64,000 nt of DNA from Mycobacteriales bacterium (GCA_038232055.1 JBBSIN010000001.1:15633-79632); one strand, 5' to 3'; positions 49,584 to 60,226 are shown, counted from the first letter of the stretch. The notes: a model not told the origin generated them from the letters alone. Made by a program: numbers and translations.

Positions 49584-50563
49584 GCGGGCTGACGACCTTG
49601 CTGCCGAACGACCCGCTTCTGCACACGAATCTCGTCGCCCTCGGCCAGGGCACCGAGCGTCTCGACGCCCCACCTCGGCCGCTCGAGGAGGTCTCCGATC
49701 TCGATCGGCGGGTCGTCGGGGTGCTGGAAGATCCATCGGTGAGCGCCGCTTGCGACGAAGCGATTGATGATCTCGGCCCGCTTGGGCTTGGCATCTACGA
49801 CCCGTTCGTCTCCGGAGAGGAGCAGGGCGATCGCGCGTTGCCTGTCGATCGGCATGTAGATGGCATCTGCGCTCGCAATGCCGAGAGGGTGCGTCTCGAG
49901 GTCTCGATCTGGGCGGACCCATAGCGCGACGGGCTGGTCGCTGACGAGGAGGGCAGGCTCGTCGAATCGCAGTAGGCGGACCCGGCGACGGAAGTAGAGG
50001 TCGGGATGGATGCCGTTGAGTGCAAGCAGACCCATCTGCTGCACCGCCGCCGACTGCGAGGGCACGACCTTCCAGTCCGAGGTCAGGAGTTGCTCACGCC
50101 ATGCTGCGACCGCCGCGTCATCGAATGCCCGTCCGTCCTTCTTGAGTTGAGGCCGCAGGCGTTCCGTCGTCAGCCGGGGCCGTAGCTCCTCCTTCGCCAT
50201 CAGGGTGGCGAGCTCGGAGATCTCCTCGCGAAACGACCATCCACGAACTGCCTGAAAGGCAACGAAGAGCATCAGGTCGAACCGATCCTGGTCGGTCAGG
50301 TTGAGTTCGTCCCGTGCGAACCTATCGAACAACCGCGAGGCTCGACCCTCGAAGTCCGCCAGCGAGATCTCGATCTGATTGCTGGGAGCAAGGTGGCTGA
50401 AGGCGGGATCAATGTCGACGTCGTAGAAGCCGGCCTCTCGGCACGCGCGCGTGACCGTCATCGGGATGCGAACTCCGCCGGCGCGCGGAGTGGCCAGCAG
50501 GCGCTCGCGCTCGCCGGCGAACCGACGGAGCAGCATCTGCGGGACGATGTGATCGCGGGCCAT
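49580..50563 (-). CDS. DUF4238-like protein (paralogue 2)
   Basis: N-terminus MARDHIVPQMLLRRFA. 327 aa. Translationally coupled to paralogue 1. Confidence 0.55.
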   Translation of the reverse strand: MARDHIVPQMLLRRFAGERERLLATPRAGGVRIPMTVTRACREAGFYDVDIDPAFSHLAPSNQIEISLADFEGRASRLFDRFARDELNLTDQDRFDLMLFVAFQAVRGWSFREEISELATLMAKEELRPRLTTERLRPQLKKDGRAFDDAAVAAWREQLLTSDWKVVPSQSAAVQQMGLLALNGIHPDLYFRRRVRLLRFDEPALLVSDQPVALWVRPDRDLETHPLGIASADAIYMPIDRQRAIALLLSGDERVVDAKPKRAEIINRFVASGAHRWIFQHPDDPPIEIGDLLERPRWGVETLGALAEGDEIRVQKRVVRQQGRQPA

Positions 50564-50636
50564 CCGTCGTCAGTGTGCCGCGGAGTTCACCGCGCTCACC
50601 CGATGATTTCGTGTGTTCCCGGAGCCTCGGCGTTGC

Positions 50637-51845
50637 TCAGGCCGGACCCGGAGCTGAAGCGCCTCGACCGGGGTCGTCGTTAGGTGCCGCCATCAGCCTC
50701 GAGAACACCGCTGCGGCTTCGGCCTGCATCCCGGGGAGCACCCAGCCGTAGACGTCGAGGGTGAAGCTCGCCGTCGCGTGGCCGAGCCGCTCACTCACGA
50801 CCTTGATCGGCACGCCGGCCTTGAGCAGCAGCGTCGCGTGGGTGTGGCGGACGTCGTGGAAGCGGACCCTGGGCAGCCCGCTGCGGGCGACGATGCGCTC
50901 GAACGTGGAGCTGAGTAGTTCGGGGTGCGTGAGCGTGCCATCAGCGCGGGCGAAGACGAGGCCGTGGTCGTCGTAGCCGGCGCCGAGCAGAAGGCGCTCT
51001 TCGGCCTGCTTGCGACGCCACCCCTGCAGCGCGCGCACAACGTCGTCGTTGACGTCGATGGTGCGCCTCCCGTGCGAGGTCTTCACGTCCGTGAGCCGAA
51101 CGTCGTAGTTGACCACCACAGCGTTCTGCCGAACGTGGATGAGTTTGGCGTCGAGGTCGACGTCGGCCCAGCGCAGCCCGGCCACCTCGCCGCGTCGCAT
51201 GCCGGTGTGCGCGGCGAGCACGAACGCCGGCGCCAGGCGCACGCCGTCGAGGGAGGCCAGGAAGGTCTGGAGCTGCGCGCTCGTCCACACATGCATCTCG
51301 CCTTCGCGCTTCGTGCTGGTGCTCCGCTTCGGCGGGTCGGCGAGGGACGCCGGGTTCCGGTTGAGCGCTCCCTTGCGCACCGCGTCACCGAGCGCCTTGC
51401 GCAGGATGCGGTGCACATAGCGAACGCTGCCTGAGCTCAGCCCCGGTCCGTCGCCGCTCTTGTTGCGGCGCCCGGACTCGAGCAGCCGGCCGTAGAGCGC
51501 GTCGAGATCCTCCGGGGCGAGTCGGCCGAGCGGCACCTTGCCGAGCGTCGGCAGGACGTGGAGCCGGATGTTGCTCTCGTAAGAGTGGAACGTCGTCGCC
51601 TTGAGCTGGCTGCGCTGCGCGGGTAACCACCGCTCGGTGAGGTACTCACCGAGGGTGACCTTGTCGGGAGCGCGGTACTCGCCGTCGTTGTGGCGCTTGA
51701 CCAGGTCGGTGACGAGCTTGTCGGCGTCGGCCTTGCGGGTCCCCGCCGGGTACCAGCGGCGACGCTCCTTGCCGGTGGCTGGGTCGACGCCTTCGTAGAT
51801 GACGGCGTAGTAGCGGTTGCCCTTCTTCGCTGTGTAGCCGCGCAC
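50637..51845 (-). CDS. int: Tyrosine site-specific integrase (phage-integrase family)
   Basis: AAGGAGG 6 nt upstream of GTG 51845. N-terminal SAM-like/AP2 domain (GNRYYAVIYEG..) and a catalytic C-terminus with R...HDVRHTHATLLL...LGHATASFTLDVYGWV (R-H-R-Y). Confidence 0.85.
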   Translation of the reverse strand: MRGYTAKKGNRYYAVIYEGVDPATGKERRRWYPAGTRKADADKLVTDLVKRHNDGEYRAPDKVTLGEYLTERWLPAQRSQLKATTFHSYESNIRLHVLPTLGKVPLGRLAPEDLDALYGRLLESGRRNKSGDGPGLSSGSVRYVHRILRKALGDAVRKGALNRNPASLADPPKRSTSTKREGEMHVWTSAQLQTFLASLDGVRLAPAFVLAAHTGMRRGEVAGLRWADVDLDAKLIHVRQNAVVVNYDVRLTDVKTSHGRRTIDVNDDVVRALQGWRRKQAEERLLLGAGYDDHGLVFARADGTLTHPELLSSTFERIVARSGLPRVRFHDVRHTHATLLLKAGVPIKVVSERLGHATASFTLDVYGWVLPGMQAEAAAVFSRLMAAPNDDPGRGASAPGPA

Positions 51846-51862
51846 CTGCGGCCTCCTTAGCG

Positions 51863-52612
51863 TCAGCGCTTGTCGCGCGTCTGCTTGCGGGGAGCGTCCG
51901 CTCCCGATCCGGCTCGTGCCGGCTCGTCCGCCGTGCCGGCTCGTGCCGCCTTGTCCGCCGACCGCTTGCCTGGCGGCTTTGCGAAGTCGCTGTCGTTGGT
52001 GTGCTCGGCCAGGAACCCGCGGATGCCGACCTGGCGGAGGTGGTCGACCCAGCGACCGAGTTCGTCGACGGCGGTGTCGAGGCTGTCGGCGTGCTGGTCG
52101 ACCAGCGCCAGCAGGAGCTCCTTGCGGCGGTCCCTGTAGTTCCACCGCTTCACGTGTGAGGCGATGCCGGTGACCTTCTCCGCGGCCTCGTCGGCGTCGG
52201 AGGGATCGACGATGCCGTGCTCCCGCAGCCGCTCGTAGACCGGCGGGAGCATCTCGGGGGAGCCCATCAGCCACATGTAGAGCTCGTTGGACTGGCTGTT
52301 GGTGCCGCGCAGGAACCGCCGCTCGCCCGGTGGCGGGAGCAAGAACCAGATGATCGGCAGGTCGAAGACCATGGCGAACACGAGCAGCTCGTGGGCGTCG
52401 AACTCCCGCCGACGGTCGCCGTCCCAAGCCCGCTCAATCGATGAGACGCCGGCCTGCGTCATGCGCTGGCCCATGTACGGCTCGAGCTCGGCCGCGAACT
52501 GGTCCTGGGTCCATCCCCGCAGCTCGCGGGCGGCACGCACGTTGTAGGCGACGATCTGGTTGAGGTCGACCTCGGGACGCGGGGGCGGCGTGTTCTTGGA
52601 CCGTCGTGCCAC
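51863..52612 (-). CDS. XRE-family HTH transcriptional regulator with an uncharacterised C-terminal domain
   Basis: HTH QIVAYNVRAARELRGWTQDQFAAEL...VSSIERA. Start set at the in-frame GTG. Confidence 0.6.
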   Translation of the reverse strand: MARRSKNTPPPRPEVDLNQIVAYNVRAARELRGWTQDQFAAELEPYMGQRMTQAGVSSIERAWDGDRRREFDAHELLVFAMVFDLPIIWFLLPPPGERRFLRGTNSQSNELYMWLMGSPEMLPPVYERLREHGIVDPSDADEAAEKVTGIASHVKRWNYRDRRKELLLALVDQHADSLDTAVDELGRWVDHLRQVGIRGFLAEHTNDSDFAKPPGKRSADKAARAGTADEPARAGSGADAPRKQTRDKR

Positions 52613-52752
52613 GCTTCTGACTCTACACGGTCTACCGCTTGTGTCGCCACTAGCCAGACATCGTGGATGCGGGTACAGTCCACGCGCCGTTCTCCGAGCG
52701 GAGAGCACGAGCCGGAGGTTGTTCCGTGGCAGGACGCAGATCGCTACCGCTG

Positions 52753-53139
52753 ATGACGGTCAGCGTGGTGGAGGCCGCAGACCTCCTGGGCGTCGGCCGC
52801 ACGAAGGCGTACGACATGACCCGCGAGTGGCGTGCGAACGGCGGCGAATCAGGGCTGCCGGTCATCGACTGCAGCAACACCCTGCGGGTCCCCCTCTACC
52901 CGCTCGCCGAGATGCTCGGCGTCGAGGTGTCCCACCTCGTGGCGGTGCTGCGCGACGCGACCGCAGCCGAACCAGCGGCGACGGCTGAACCCGCAGTCTC
53001 GGCCGAGCCTCCAACGCCGGCCGCACCGTCGACCCTCGAGCCCGTCCCGACCGCGACGCCGAAGGCCGCGCGCAACCGGCGCAAGCCCGCCATCCCGAGC
53101 AACCAGCTCGACCTCTTCGAGCACCCAACCGCGAGCTGA
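52753..53139 (+). CDS. Excisionase/MerR-like HTH DNA-binding protein with a Pro/Ala-rich tail
   Basis: MTVSVVEAADLLGVGRTKAYDMTREW. Divergent from the integrase-regulator pair. Confidence 0.5.
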   Translation: MTVSVVEAADLLGVGRTKAYDMTREWRANGGESGLPVIDCSNTLRVPLYPLAEMLGVEVSHLVAVLRDATAAEPAATAEPAVSAEPPTPAAPSTLEPVPTATPKAARNRRKPAIPSNQLDLFEHPTAS

Positions 53140-53220
53140 CGCCGTGACCGACCACCTCTCCCACCCGGACGACCCACTGCCAAACAGACAAGTGCCCGCA
53201 AGCGGGAACGTGAGCGCGCC

Positions 53221-56170
53221 GTGCTGCGCGTGACCACCATCCTCGCCCACAGCGCGCCGGCATCGGCGCGCTACTACACCCGCTACCTGACCGGCGACGG
53301 GCCCGACGCCGAAGGCCACTGGCTCGGCCGGCGAGCCACCACCTTGGGCCTCTCCGGACGAGTCGAGACCGACGACCTCGAAGCCATCCTCTCCGGGCAC
53401 GACCCGACCACCGGACGACAGCTCGGGTACCCGCTCGTCGACCGCGTCGACAGCAAGGGCCGCATCATCCGTGCCGTCGCCGGCTTCGACGCCACGTTCT
53501 CGGCGCCCAAGTCGCTGTCGGTGTGGTGGGGCCTCACCGGGACCCCGGGCTGCTCGAGGCGCACAACCTCGCCGTCGGAGCCGTCCTCGACCACATCGAG
53601 CAGTACGGCGCCACAACCCGCATCCGCGTGGATGACGCCCGCCAGCACCCGGATGTCGACGGGCTCATCATGGCCGCCTTCCCGCAGGCCACGTCCCGGG
53701 AGGACGATCCCCAGCTGCACACCCACGTGGTGATCTCCGCCAAGGTGCTCGCACCCGACGGGCGATGGCTGGCGCTCGACGGCCGCTACCTCAAGCGCAA
53801 GCAGCGCGCCCTCGGCGGCCTCTACCAGTCGGTGCTGCGCGTCGAGCTGACCAGCCGTTACGGCGTCGCCTGGGGACCAATCGAAAAGGGGCAGGCCGAG
53901 ATTGCCGGGATGCCGAAGGAGTTGCTCGACGCGTTCTCCAAGCGAACCGCCCAGGTCGACGCAGCCCTCGCCGACAAGATCACCGAGTTCCGCGAGCGTG
54001 AGGGACGCGACCCGACCCGCTGGGAACGAGCAGCGCTCACCCGCGAGGCGTCCGAGGACACTCGCGCCAAGAAGACGCACGCGTCACCCGGCGACCTCGG
54101 GAGCCACTGGCGCGACCAGGCCGAGGCGCTCGGCTGGAGCCCGGCCCGGCTCCTGGAGCGCATGTGGGACTCGGCGCGCACGCACCCGACGCCGGAGCCG
54201 CCAACCGTGGTCGACGTCATCGAGCAGCTCTCCGCCGCCGGCTCGGCTTGGAACCGTGCCGACGTCCTCCAGGCCGTCTGCGACCTGACGCCGCCAGTCG
54301 CAGGAGTGCACGGGCAGCGGTGGGCAGCAGCGGTCGAGCGCGCCTGTGACCGTGTGATCGAGACCTGCACCACCCTCGACCCGCCGTCGGAACGCTCACC
54401 GCGGCGAGCTTCGGACGGCCGGTCCATCTGGATCGCCCCCATCGAACCGCACCTGACCACTGAGGCTGTCCTCGCCCAGGAGGAACGGATCCTGCTCTTC
54501 GCCATCGACGCCCACGACACGCCCGCTCGCCGTCGCCCACTCTGGACAGGAGCGGTCTCGACGTCCTCCAGGCCGACGCCTCAGCCGCAGTCGCCGGCGA
54601 TGACCCGCTCGTCCTCGTCGTCGGTCCCGCCGGCACCGGCAAGACAACCACGCTCCGGCGGGCCGCCGCCGCCCTCGGCGCCCAAGGCTGCCATGTCTTC
54701 GCCGTCGCACCCACCGCCAAGGCGGCCAAGGTCCTCCGGGACGAGACCGGGATCCAGTCCGCCACGGTCGCCAAGCTGCTCCACGAGTGGCGCAACCGGC
54801 AGCCCCACGACGAGTACCGGCTCCCGCCGGGCACCACGCTGATCGTCGACGAGGCAGGGATGCTGGGGACCGGAAACCTCGACGCCCTCACACAGCTGGC
54901 CGCGTCCCAGAGGTGGCGATTGGTGCTCGTCGGCGACCCCCGCCAACTCCAAGCCGTCGGACGAGGCGGCATGTTCGACGAGCTGTGCCGCACCGCGCGC
55001 GTCCACGAGCTCGCAACGATCCACCGCTTCCGCCACCGCTGGGAGCAAGCAGCCTCGCTACGGCTCCGCGCCGGCAGCTCCGCGGCCCTGGACGCCTACT
55101 TCCGGCACGGGCGAGTCGGCACCGGCACGTTCGAGGCGCTCAGCGCCGACATCGCCTGCCAGTGGATGGACCACCGCGCCGCCGGTCGATCCGTCGCCGT
55201 CGTCGCCGAGACCAACGAACACGTCGACGCGCTCAACCACGCCATCCAGGAACTCCGGCGGGAGCACGGCCAGCTCGGCGAGCGCGCAGCCCGCATCGCC
55301 GGCGGCGAGTCAGCCGCAGTCGGAGACGTCGTCGTGACCCGCCGCAACAACCGCGAGCTGCGGACGAGCAGCGGCGAACCGGTCCGCAACCGCGACCGCT
55401 GGACCGTCACCGCCATCGGACGCGACGGAAGCCTCACTGCGTCCCACGAACACGGACACGGGCAGCTCGCCCTCCCCACCGACTATGCGCGCGAGCACGT
55501 TCGGCTCGGCTACGCCGCCACCGCCCACGGCCACCAAGGCGACACCGTCGACGTCAGCTTGACCGTCGTCACCGCCGCCACCACCCATCGCAGCCTCTAC
55601 GTCGGCGCCACCCGAGGCCGCGATCTCAACCGTCTCCTCGTCGTGACGGAGGATCCCAACCTGGCACGCGACGTCCTCGAAGAGGTACTGACGAACGACC
55701 GGGCCGACCTTCCCGCCGTCGCCCAGCGCCGTCACCTCGCGAGCCAGGAGCCGCGGTACGGCCGTGAGACCGAAGACCGAGTGGCTGCCGCTCGTCGGGC
55801 TCTTGCCGAGGTGGAAGAACGGACGGAGCCACACCTCCGCCCTTTTCGGGAGGCGGAGCATGCCGTCGAGGAGGCACAGCGCGACGTATGGGCCGCTCGC
55901 CGGGCTGCAGACGACGCGCCTGTCCTGCGGCGGCGAGCTGCCAACCGCGACCTCACAGCGGCCGAGTCACGACTCGGTGGCGCACGGGAGCAGCTCGACC
56001 ACGCCCTCGGACGCGCAGCACCACTCCTGGCCGAGCAGCACGCCGTCGAGGACGAACTGCGAGACGCAGAACGCGATCTGTCGTCGGCGCGGCTGCGTGA
56101 GCGGATGGACGCGCTCACCCGTCCGGCACCGGAGCGTTCCCTCGATCGAGGAATGGAGATCGAGCGATGA
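53221..56170 (+). pseudogene. MobF (TrwC/TraA-type) relaxase fused to a RecD-like helicase, with at least two frameshifts
   Basis: Relaxase motifs (YYTRYL, SAPKSLSVWW, LHTHVVISAKV) sit in frames A and B. P-loop helicase motifs (VVGPAGTGKTT, LIVDEAGML, ...VGDPRQLQAV) sit in frame C. Frame changes occur near 53535-53560 (G/C runs) and near 54538-54545 (CACTCTGG, a CT dinucleotide). Confidence 0.65.
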
Positions 56171-56222
56171 CGACGCGAGGCCGGTCGTTTCACGGCTGCC
56201 GCCGGGGGGCAGGCCGCTCGCC

Positions 56223-59200
56223 CTACCGCGCTGACGCGGTGAAGTCCTCCAGCGTGGCGAAGATGGTTTCGAGGTCGGCCTCGACGAAGATGGCTTCAGG
56301 TCCCTGAGGTGCAACCCCGTCGTACGGCGTTTCGTACACGCGACCCGGTTCGACCATTCCACGCTGAGTGAGCTCGTTGATGATCAGGTTCACAAACTCG
56401 ATCTGATTCTTGCTGTAGCGCTTGTCGTCGAGGAAGTCCGCAAACGCCGCCTTAGCTGCCGCCCGGTCCAGCCCGACGAGTGACCTTGCGAAGAGACCGA
56501 AGCTCCCCGTCCGCTTCGCCGCCTCGGCGAACGTTTCGTCGTCTCCGATCCCGGCCGCAATCAGGATCCGCTGCAGGTCCGCGATGTCCTGCGCCGTCAG
56601 CGGCGCGCCGGAGCGGACCTTCGCTACCGCTGCTTCGGCAAGGTGCTCCTTGAGAAAATGCTCCGCCTTCTTGCGGAACTGCAGGAACTCGGTACTGCCG
56701 GCCGCCGAGCCGGCACCTGGCAGCACGATCTCGCCGGCTTCGCCGATCTCGTCGACGAAGTCGGAGTAGATGACCTTCCGCTTCAAGCGCTCGATCAACG
56801 GCACGAGCAGCCGCAGCCTCTTGCGCACCTCTTCGAGCATCGGGTAGCTGACGTCCGTCCACCACTCGTCGGTCTGCACGTCCTGAATGAGCTCGAGGTG
56901 CGCTGCGATAGCAGGGATGACCTGCTGGTCTTCGAGCGCGCTTGCGATCTGCATGACCTTGCGTCGCTCGCCCTCGAACGGCCGGCCCTGCAGGAGCGCG
57001 AGCTGTGCGCTCAGGAGGAGGACGTCGAACCGCTTGGCTTCCTCATGCTCAGGGTCGAGCTGCGCCGGCAGCCTTGCGACCCGATCCGCCAGCGCAGCAA
57101 GGTCTCCGACCGACAGGCTCTCCCACGGCTCCTCTTCGCGGAAGCGCTCGACGAGCTGGAGGTGTGGCCGAACGAGGAAGTTGTCCGGGTTCATCGACGC
57201 GATGGCGTCGCGCAACGTTGCCGCGACGGTCGCGCGTTCGTCACCGTGCGAGTGGATCTCATCGAAGGTCTGGATGAGTTCGAGCCGTGACTTGAAGATC
57301 TGCTCGCTCAAGGGCACCGAGTCAGACGGCTCTGCCGGCGGGAGCTCTTGGCTGAAGTACTCGAGGTTCTGACAGAAGTCGAAGACCTTGAACTCGGTCT
57401 TGTCGTCGCCGGGCCCGAAGAGGTCCGGTCGCAGCCGCGTGCCTCGGCCGATCATCTGCCAGAACTTAGTCTTCGAGCGGAGGAGCTTGAAGAACACGAG
57501 GTTGACGATCTCGGGCACGTCGATTCCGGTGTCGAGCATGTCGACCGAGATGGCGATGTGCGCCGCCTTCTCCGGCGTCGAGAAGTCGTCGATCAGGCTC
57601 TGTGCGTACTTAACGCTGTGGGTGACGACGCGGGCGAAGTTGCCGTTGTCGAGATGCGGGTAGTTGGCGACGAACCGCTCGTAGATGTAGTCAGCGTGCC
57701 GCTGGTTCTTGGCGAAGATGATCGTCTTGCCGAGCCGATCCCCACCGGCGACGCGGATGCCCTGGGTCATGAGGTGCTCGAGCACCTTGTCGACCGTGTC
57801 CTCGTTGAAGAGGAACTTGTTCAGGGCGGCAGGGTCCACCTCGTCGGGAGGATCGAGCGGGTTGCCCTCCTCGTCCTCGCCCCACTCGAACTCGTCCCAG
57901 TCGTCCTTCTCGTCGTCCGACAGGTTCTTGTACTTGATGCCCTCGCGGATGAACTTGACCGGCACCGACACACCTTTCGGCGGGACGAGGTAGCCGTCGC
58001 CGATGGCCTCCTCCAATGAGTACGCATCCGTGGGAACACCTGTCTCGAGATCGAAGAGGTCGTAGGTGTTCTTGTCGACCTCGTCCTTGGGAGTCGCCGT
58101 CAGCCCGACGAGCAGCGAGTCGAAGTACTCGAAGATGCCGCGGTACTTCCGGTACACCGAGCGGTGCGCCTCGTCGATCACGACGAGGTCGAAGTGGCCC
58201 ACCCCGAATCGACGCGTTCCGTCGTTGCGGTACTCGTCGATCTTGCCGACCATCGTCTGATAGGTGGACACGTAGACCCTGCCGTCCTCGCCGCCCTCCG
58301 ATACGAGGTTCACGGGCGCCGACTGCGGCAGGTGCTCCTTGAAGGCGTTCACGGCCTGCTTGACGAGCGCAGTCCGATCGGCGAGGAACAGGACGCGCTT
58401 CGCCACGTTGGCGCGCATCAACAGGTCAGTGAGAGCGATGACGGTCCGGGTCTTGCCAGCGCCGGTTGCCATGACGAGGAGCGCCTTTCGCTGCTTGTCG
58501 ACCTCGAATCGCTCGGAGATGGCTCGGATGGCTCGCTCCTGGTAGAAGCGCTCAACGATCGCGCCGTTCGTGTCGAGCGTCACGAGCGAACGCCGCGTCG
58601 TCCGCCGCTGCATCGCGAGCTGCAGCTCGTCCTTTGTCAGGAACCCCTGGACCGACCGCGGCGGGTACTGCGTGTCGTCCCACAGCCAGTGCTCGTAGCC
58701 GTTCGAGTAGAAGATCACCGGCCGCTGGCCGGTCGCCGCTTCGAGACAGTCCGCGTAGAGCTTCGCCTGCTGCTGGCCCGTCTGGGGCGACACCAGCGTC
58801 TTCTTCGCTTCGACGATCGCGTGTGGCAGCCCGTCGTCGCCCCACAGCACATAGTCGACGTAGCCGACGCCGGAGCCGGAGGGCATGCCGTGCACCTCGA
58901 ACTCCCGGTCGCGGCCCTCTGTCAACGTCCAACCCGCCTCGGCGAGGAGCGCGTCGATCTTGAACCGACGAGTCTCGAGTTCGGACCAGTCGTACGACTC
59001 GATGGGGATCGCTTCGGCGGCCTTCTTTGCTGCCGCGACCTCAGCGATCAACGCGGCGCGCTCAGCCTCGAGCTGCTCGACCGTCTTGGCCAGCTCCGCG
59101 ACACGCGCCCGAGCGAGCGCAGTGTCCTCGGCCTCTCGGGCAAGACGCTCTTCAAGTTCGAGCCGCTCGGTGAGCGATGCCGGCTCGTGCCGCTCGAACG

Positions 59201-59630
59201 ACGCCAGCTTCTTCGGATCGAACTTGAGGCTGAGGTCGGGTTTCGATGAGCGCCCGTAGGTGTAGGCGAGCCAGAAGCAGAACTGGAACAGCGCCGAGAT
59301 GACCTCGACTGCCTCGAGCTGTGTTGGTGGCTTCGCCTCGTGGACCGCGCGATTGCCGGCGCGCTGGATCTTCTTGGCGACGTTGTAGACGAGGCCGCTC
59401 GCCAGCGCCTTGAAAGCCGGCTCGTTCAGGTAAGCGTTGAGCTGGTCCTCGTACGGCTGCGACAGCGACCGGTCGTAGCGGTAGACCCACTTGACGCCTG
59501 ACTCAAGCGCCTTGCGAGCGTAAATCATCGCCGGTCCCGGATCGGAGAGCGCGTGGCTCTCGGCCCACGATGCCGTGGCGAACTCGTCGCGGAACTCCGC
59601 TTCGAGGAAGAAGAACTGTGACTCGCTCAC
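56223..59630 (-). CDS. hsdR: Type I restriction enzyme R subunit
   Basis: 1135 aa. Nuclease region, DEAD-box SF2 motors (MATGAGKT, VVIDEAHRS) and a C-terminal helical domain. Stop overlaps the hsdS start. Confidence 0.85.
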   Translation of the reverse strand: MSESQFFFLEAEFRDEFATASWAESHALSDPGPAMIYARKALESGVKWVYRYDRSLSQPYEDQLNAYLNEPAFKALASGLVYNVAKKIQRAGNRAVHEAKPPTQLEAVEVISALFQFCFWLAYTYGRSSKPDLSLKFDPKKLASFERHEPASLTERLELEERLAREAEDTALARARVAELAKTVEQLEAERAALIAEVAAAKKAAEAIPIESYDWSELETRRFKIDALLAEAGWTLTEGRDREFEVHGMPSGSGVGYVDYVLWGDDGLPHAIVEAKKTLVSPQTGQQQAKLYADCLEAATGQRPVIFYSNGYEHWLWDDTQYPPRSVQGFLTKDELQLAMQRRTTRRSLVTLDTNGAIVERFYQERAIRAISERFEVDKQRKALLVMATGAGKTRTVIALTDLLMRANVAKRVLFLADRTALVKQAVNAFKEHLPQSAPVNLVSEGGEDGRVYVSTYQTMVGKIDEYRNDGTRRFGVGHFDLVVIDEAHRSVYRKYRGIFEYFDSLLVGLTATPKDEVDKNTYDLFDLETGVPTDAYSLEEAIGDGYLVPPKGVSVPVKFIREGIKYKNLSDDEKDDWDEFEWGEDEEGNPLDPPDEVDPAALNKFLFNEDTVDKVLEHLMTQGIRVAGGDRLGKTIIFAKNQRHADYIYERFVANYPHLDNGNFARVVTHSVKYAQSLIDDFSTPEKAAHIAISVDMLDTGIDVPEIVNLVFFKLLRSKTKFWQMIGRGTRLRPDLFGPGDDKTEFKVFDFCQNLEYFSQELPPAEPSDSVPLSEQIFKSRLELIQTFDEIHSHGDERATVAATLRDAIASMNPDNFLVRPHLQLVERFREEEPWESLSVGDLAALADRVARLPAQLDPEHEEAKRFDVLLLSAQLALLQGRPFEGERRKVMQIASALEDQQVIPAIAAHLELIQDVQTDEWWTDVSYPMLEEVRKRLRLLVPLIERLKRKVIYSDFVDEIGEAGEIVLPGAGSAAGSTEFLQFRKKAEHFLKEHLAEAAVAKVRSGAPLTAQDIADLQRILIAAGIGDDETFAEAAKRTGSFGLFARSLVGLDRAAAKAAFADFLDDKRYSKNQIEFVNLIINELTQRGMVEPGRVYETPYDGVAPQGPEAIFVEADLETIFATLEDFTASAR

Positions 59631-60226
59631 AGCTCGCCTCTGAAAGCGCGCTGCTGAAGCGCTCCCAGCAGCGTGTTGAGCGTCTCGAGACTACGGCGAC
59701 GCTCGGTTCGAAGATCGACGACCGAGTCGAGAACGGCGGCGATTCTGTGTTGCTCAGTGAGGGCCGGCGCCGGTATCGGAAACTGGCGCAACTGCGAGAG
59801 GTTGATCCGAGGGCGCGTCTGTCCGTGCGCCAATGACGCTGCGTGCGATTGCGCTCGGCCCGAGTTCAAGTAGTGGACGAGGTAGCGCGCTGAGGCTTGT
59901 TCGGGATTACATCGCAGCTGGATGTAGTCCGCCTTGTTCAGCGCGAGCGGTATGAAGTCGGGCAGAACAGCCGCCCGCAAGATCGGATCGCCGAGCGTCG
60001 CGATGAGGACATCTCCAGGACGGCACTCATGTTTGCTGAGCTTCGCGAAGTGATCCGTCGAGATGAACGCGCGATCGCGATCGTCAAACTCTCCGACCGC
60101 GATGTTCTGCAGGCGAACCACCCGAACTCCGCCCTCGACGTAGTGCTCGCTCTTGAGATTCGAACCAAACGGCCCATCCTGCAGCTTCAATGCCAGATCG
60201 CCGAGGGGCACCATGGGAACGCTCAC
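59627..60226 (-). CDS. hsdS: Type I RM specificity subunit, half-size (single target-recognition domain)
   Basis: 199 aa with one TRD plus one conserved coiled-coil region (...LTEQHRIAAVLDSVDL...). 4-nt overlaps with both hsdM (upstream) and hsdR (downstream). Confidence 0.7.
   Translation of the reverse strand: MSVPMVPLGDLALKLQDGPFGSNLKSEHYVEGGVRVVRLQNIAVGEFDDRDRAFISTDHFAKLSKHECRPGDVLIATLGDPILRAAVLPDFIPLALNKADYIQLRCNPEQASARYLVHYLNSGRAQSHAASLAHGQTRPRINLSQLRQFPIPAPALTEQHRIAAVLDSVVDLRTERRRSLETLNTLLGALQQRAFRGEL

Noticed and set aside
48651-49922. 423-aa version of the first DUF4238 gene, with a 110-aa Arg-rich leader overlapping paralogue 2
   Set aside because: The leader overlaps the 3' end of the upstream gene in another frame and is low-complexity. 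The start was reassigned to the in-frame GTG 49583 at the GTGA junction.
50637-52427. 596-aa integrase ORF with a 190-aa Arg/Gly-rich N-terminus
   Set aside because: The extension overlaps the XRE regulator gene on the same strand in another frame. Integrase homology and an AAGGAGG SD define the start at GTG 51845.
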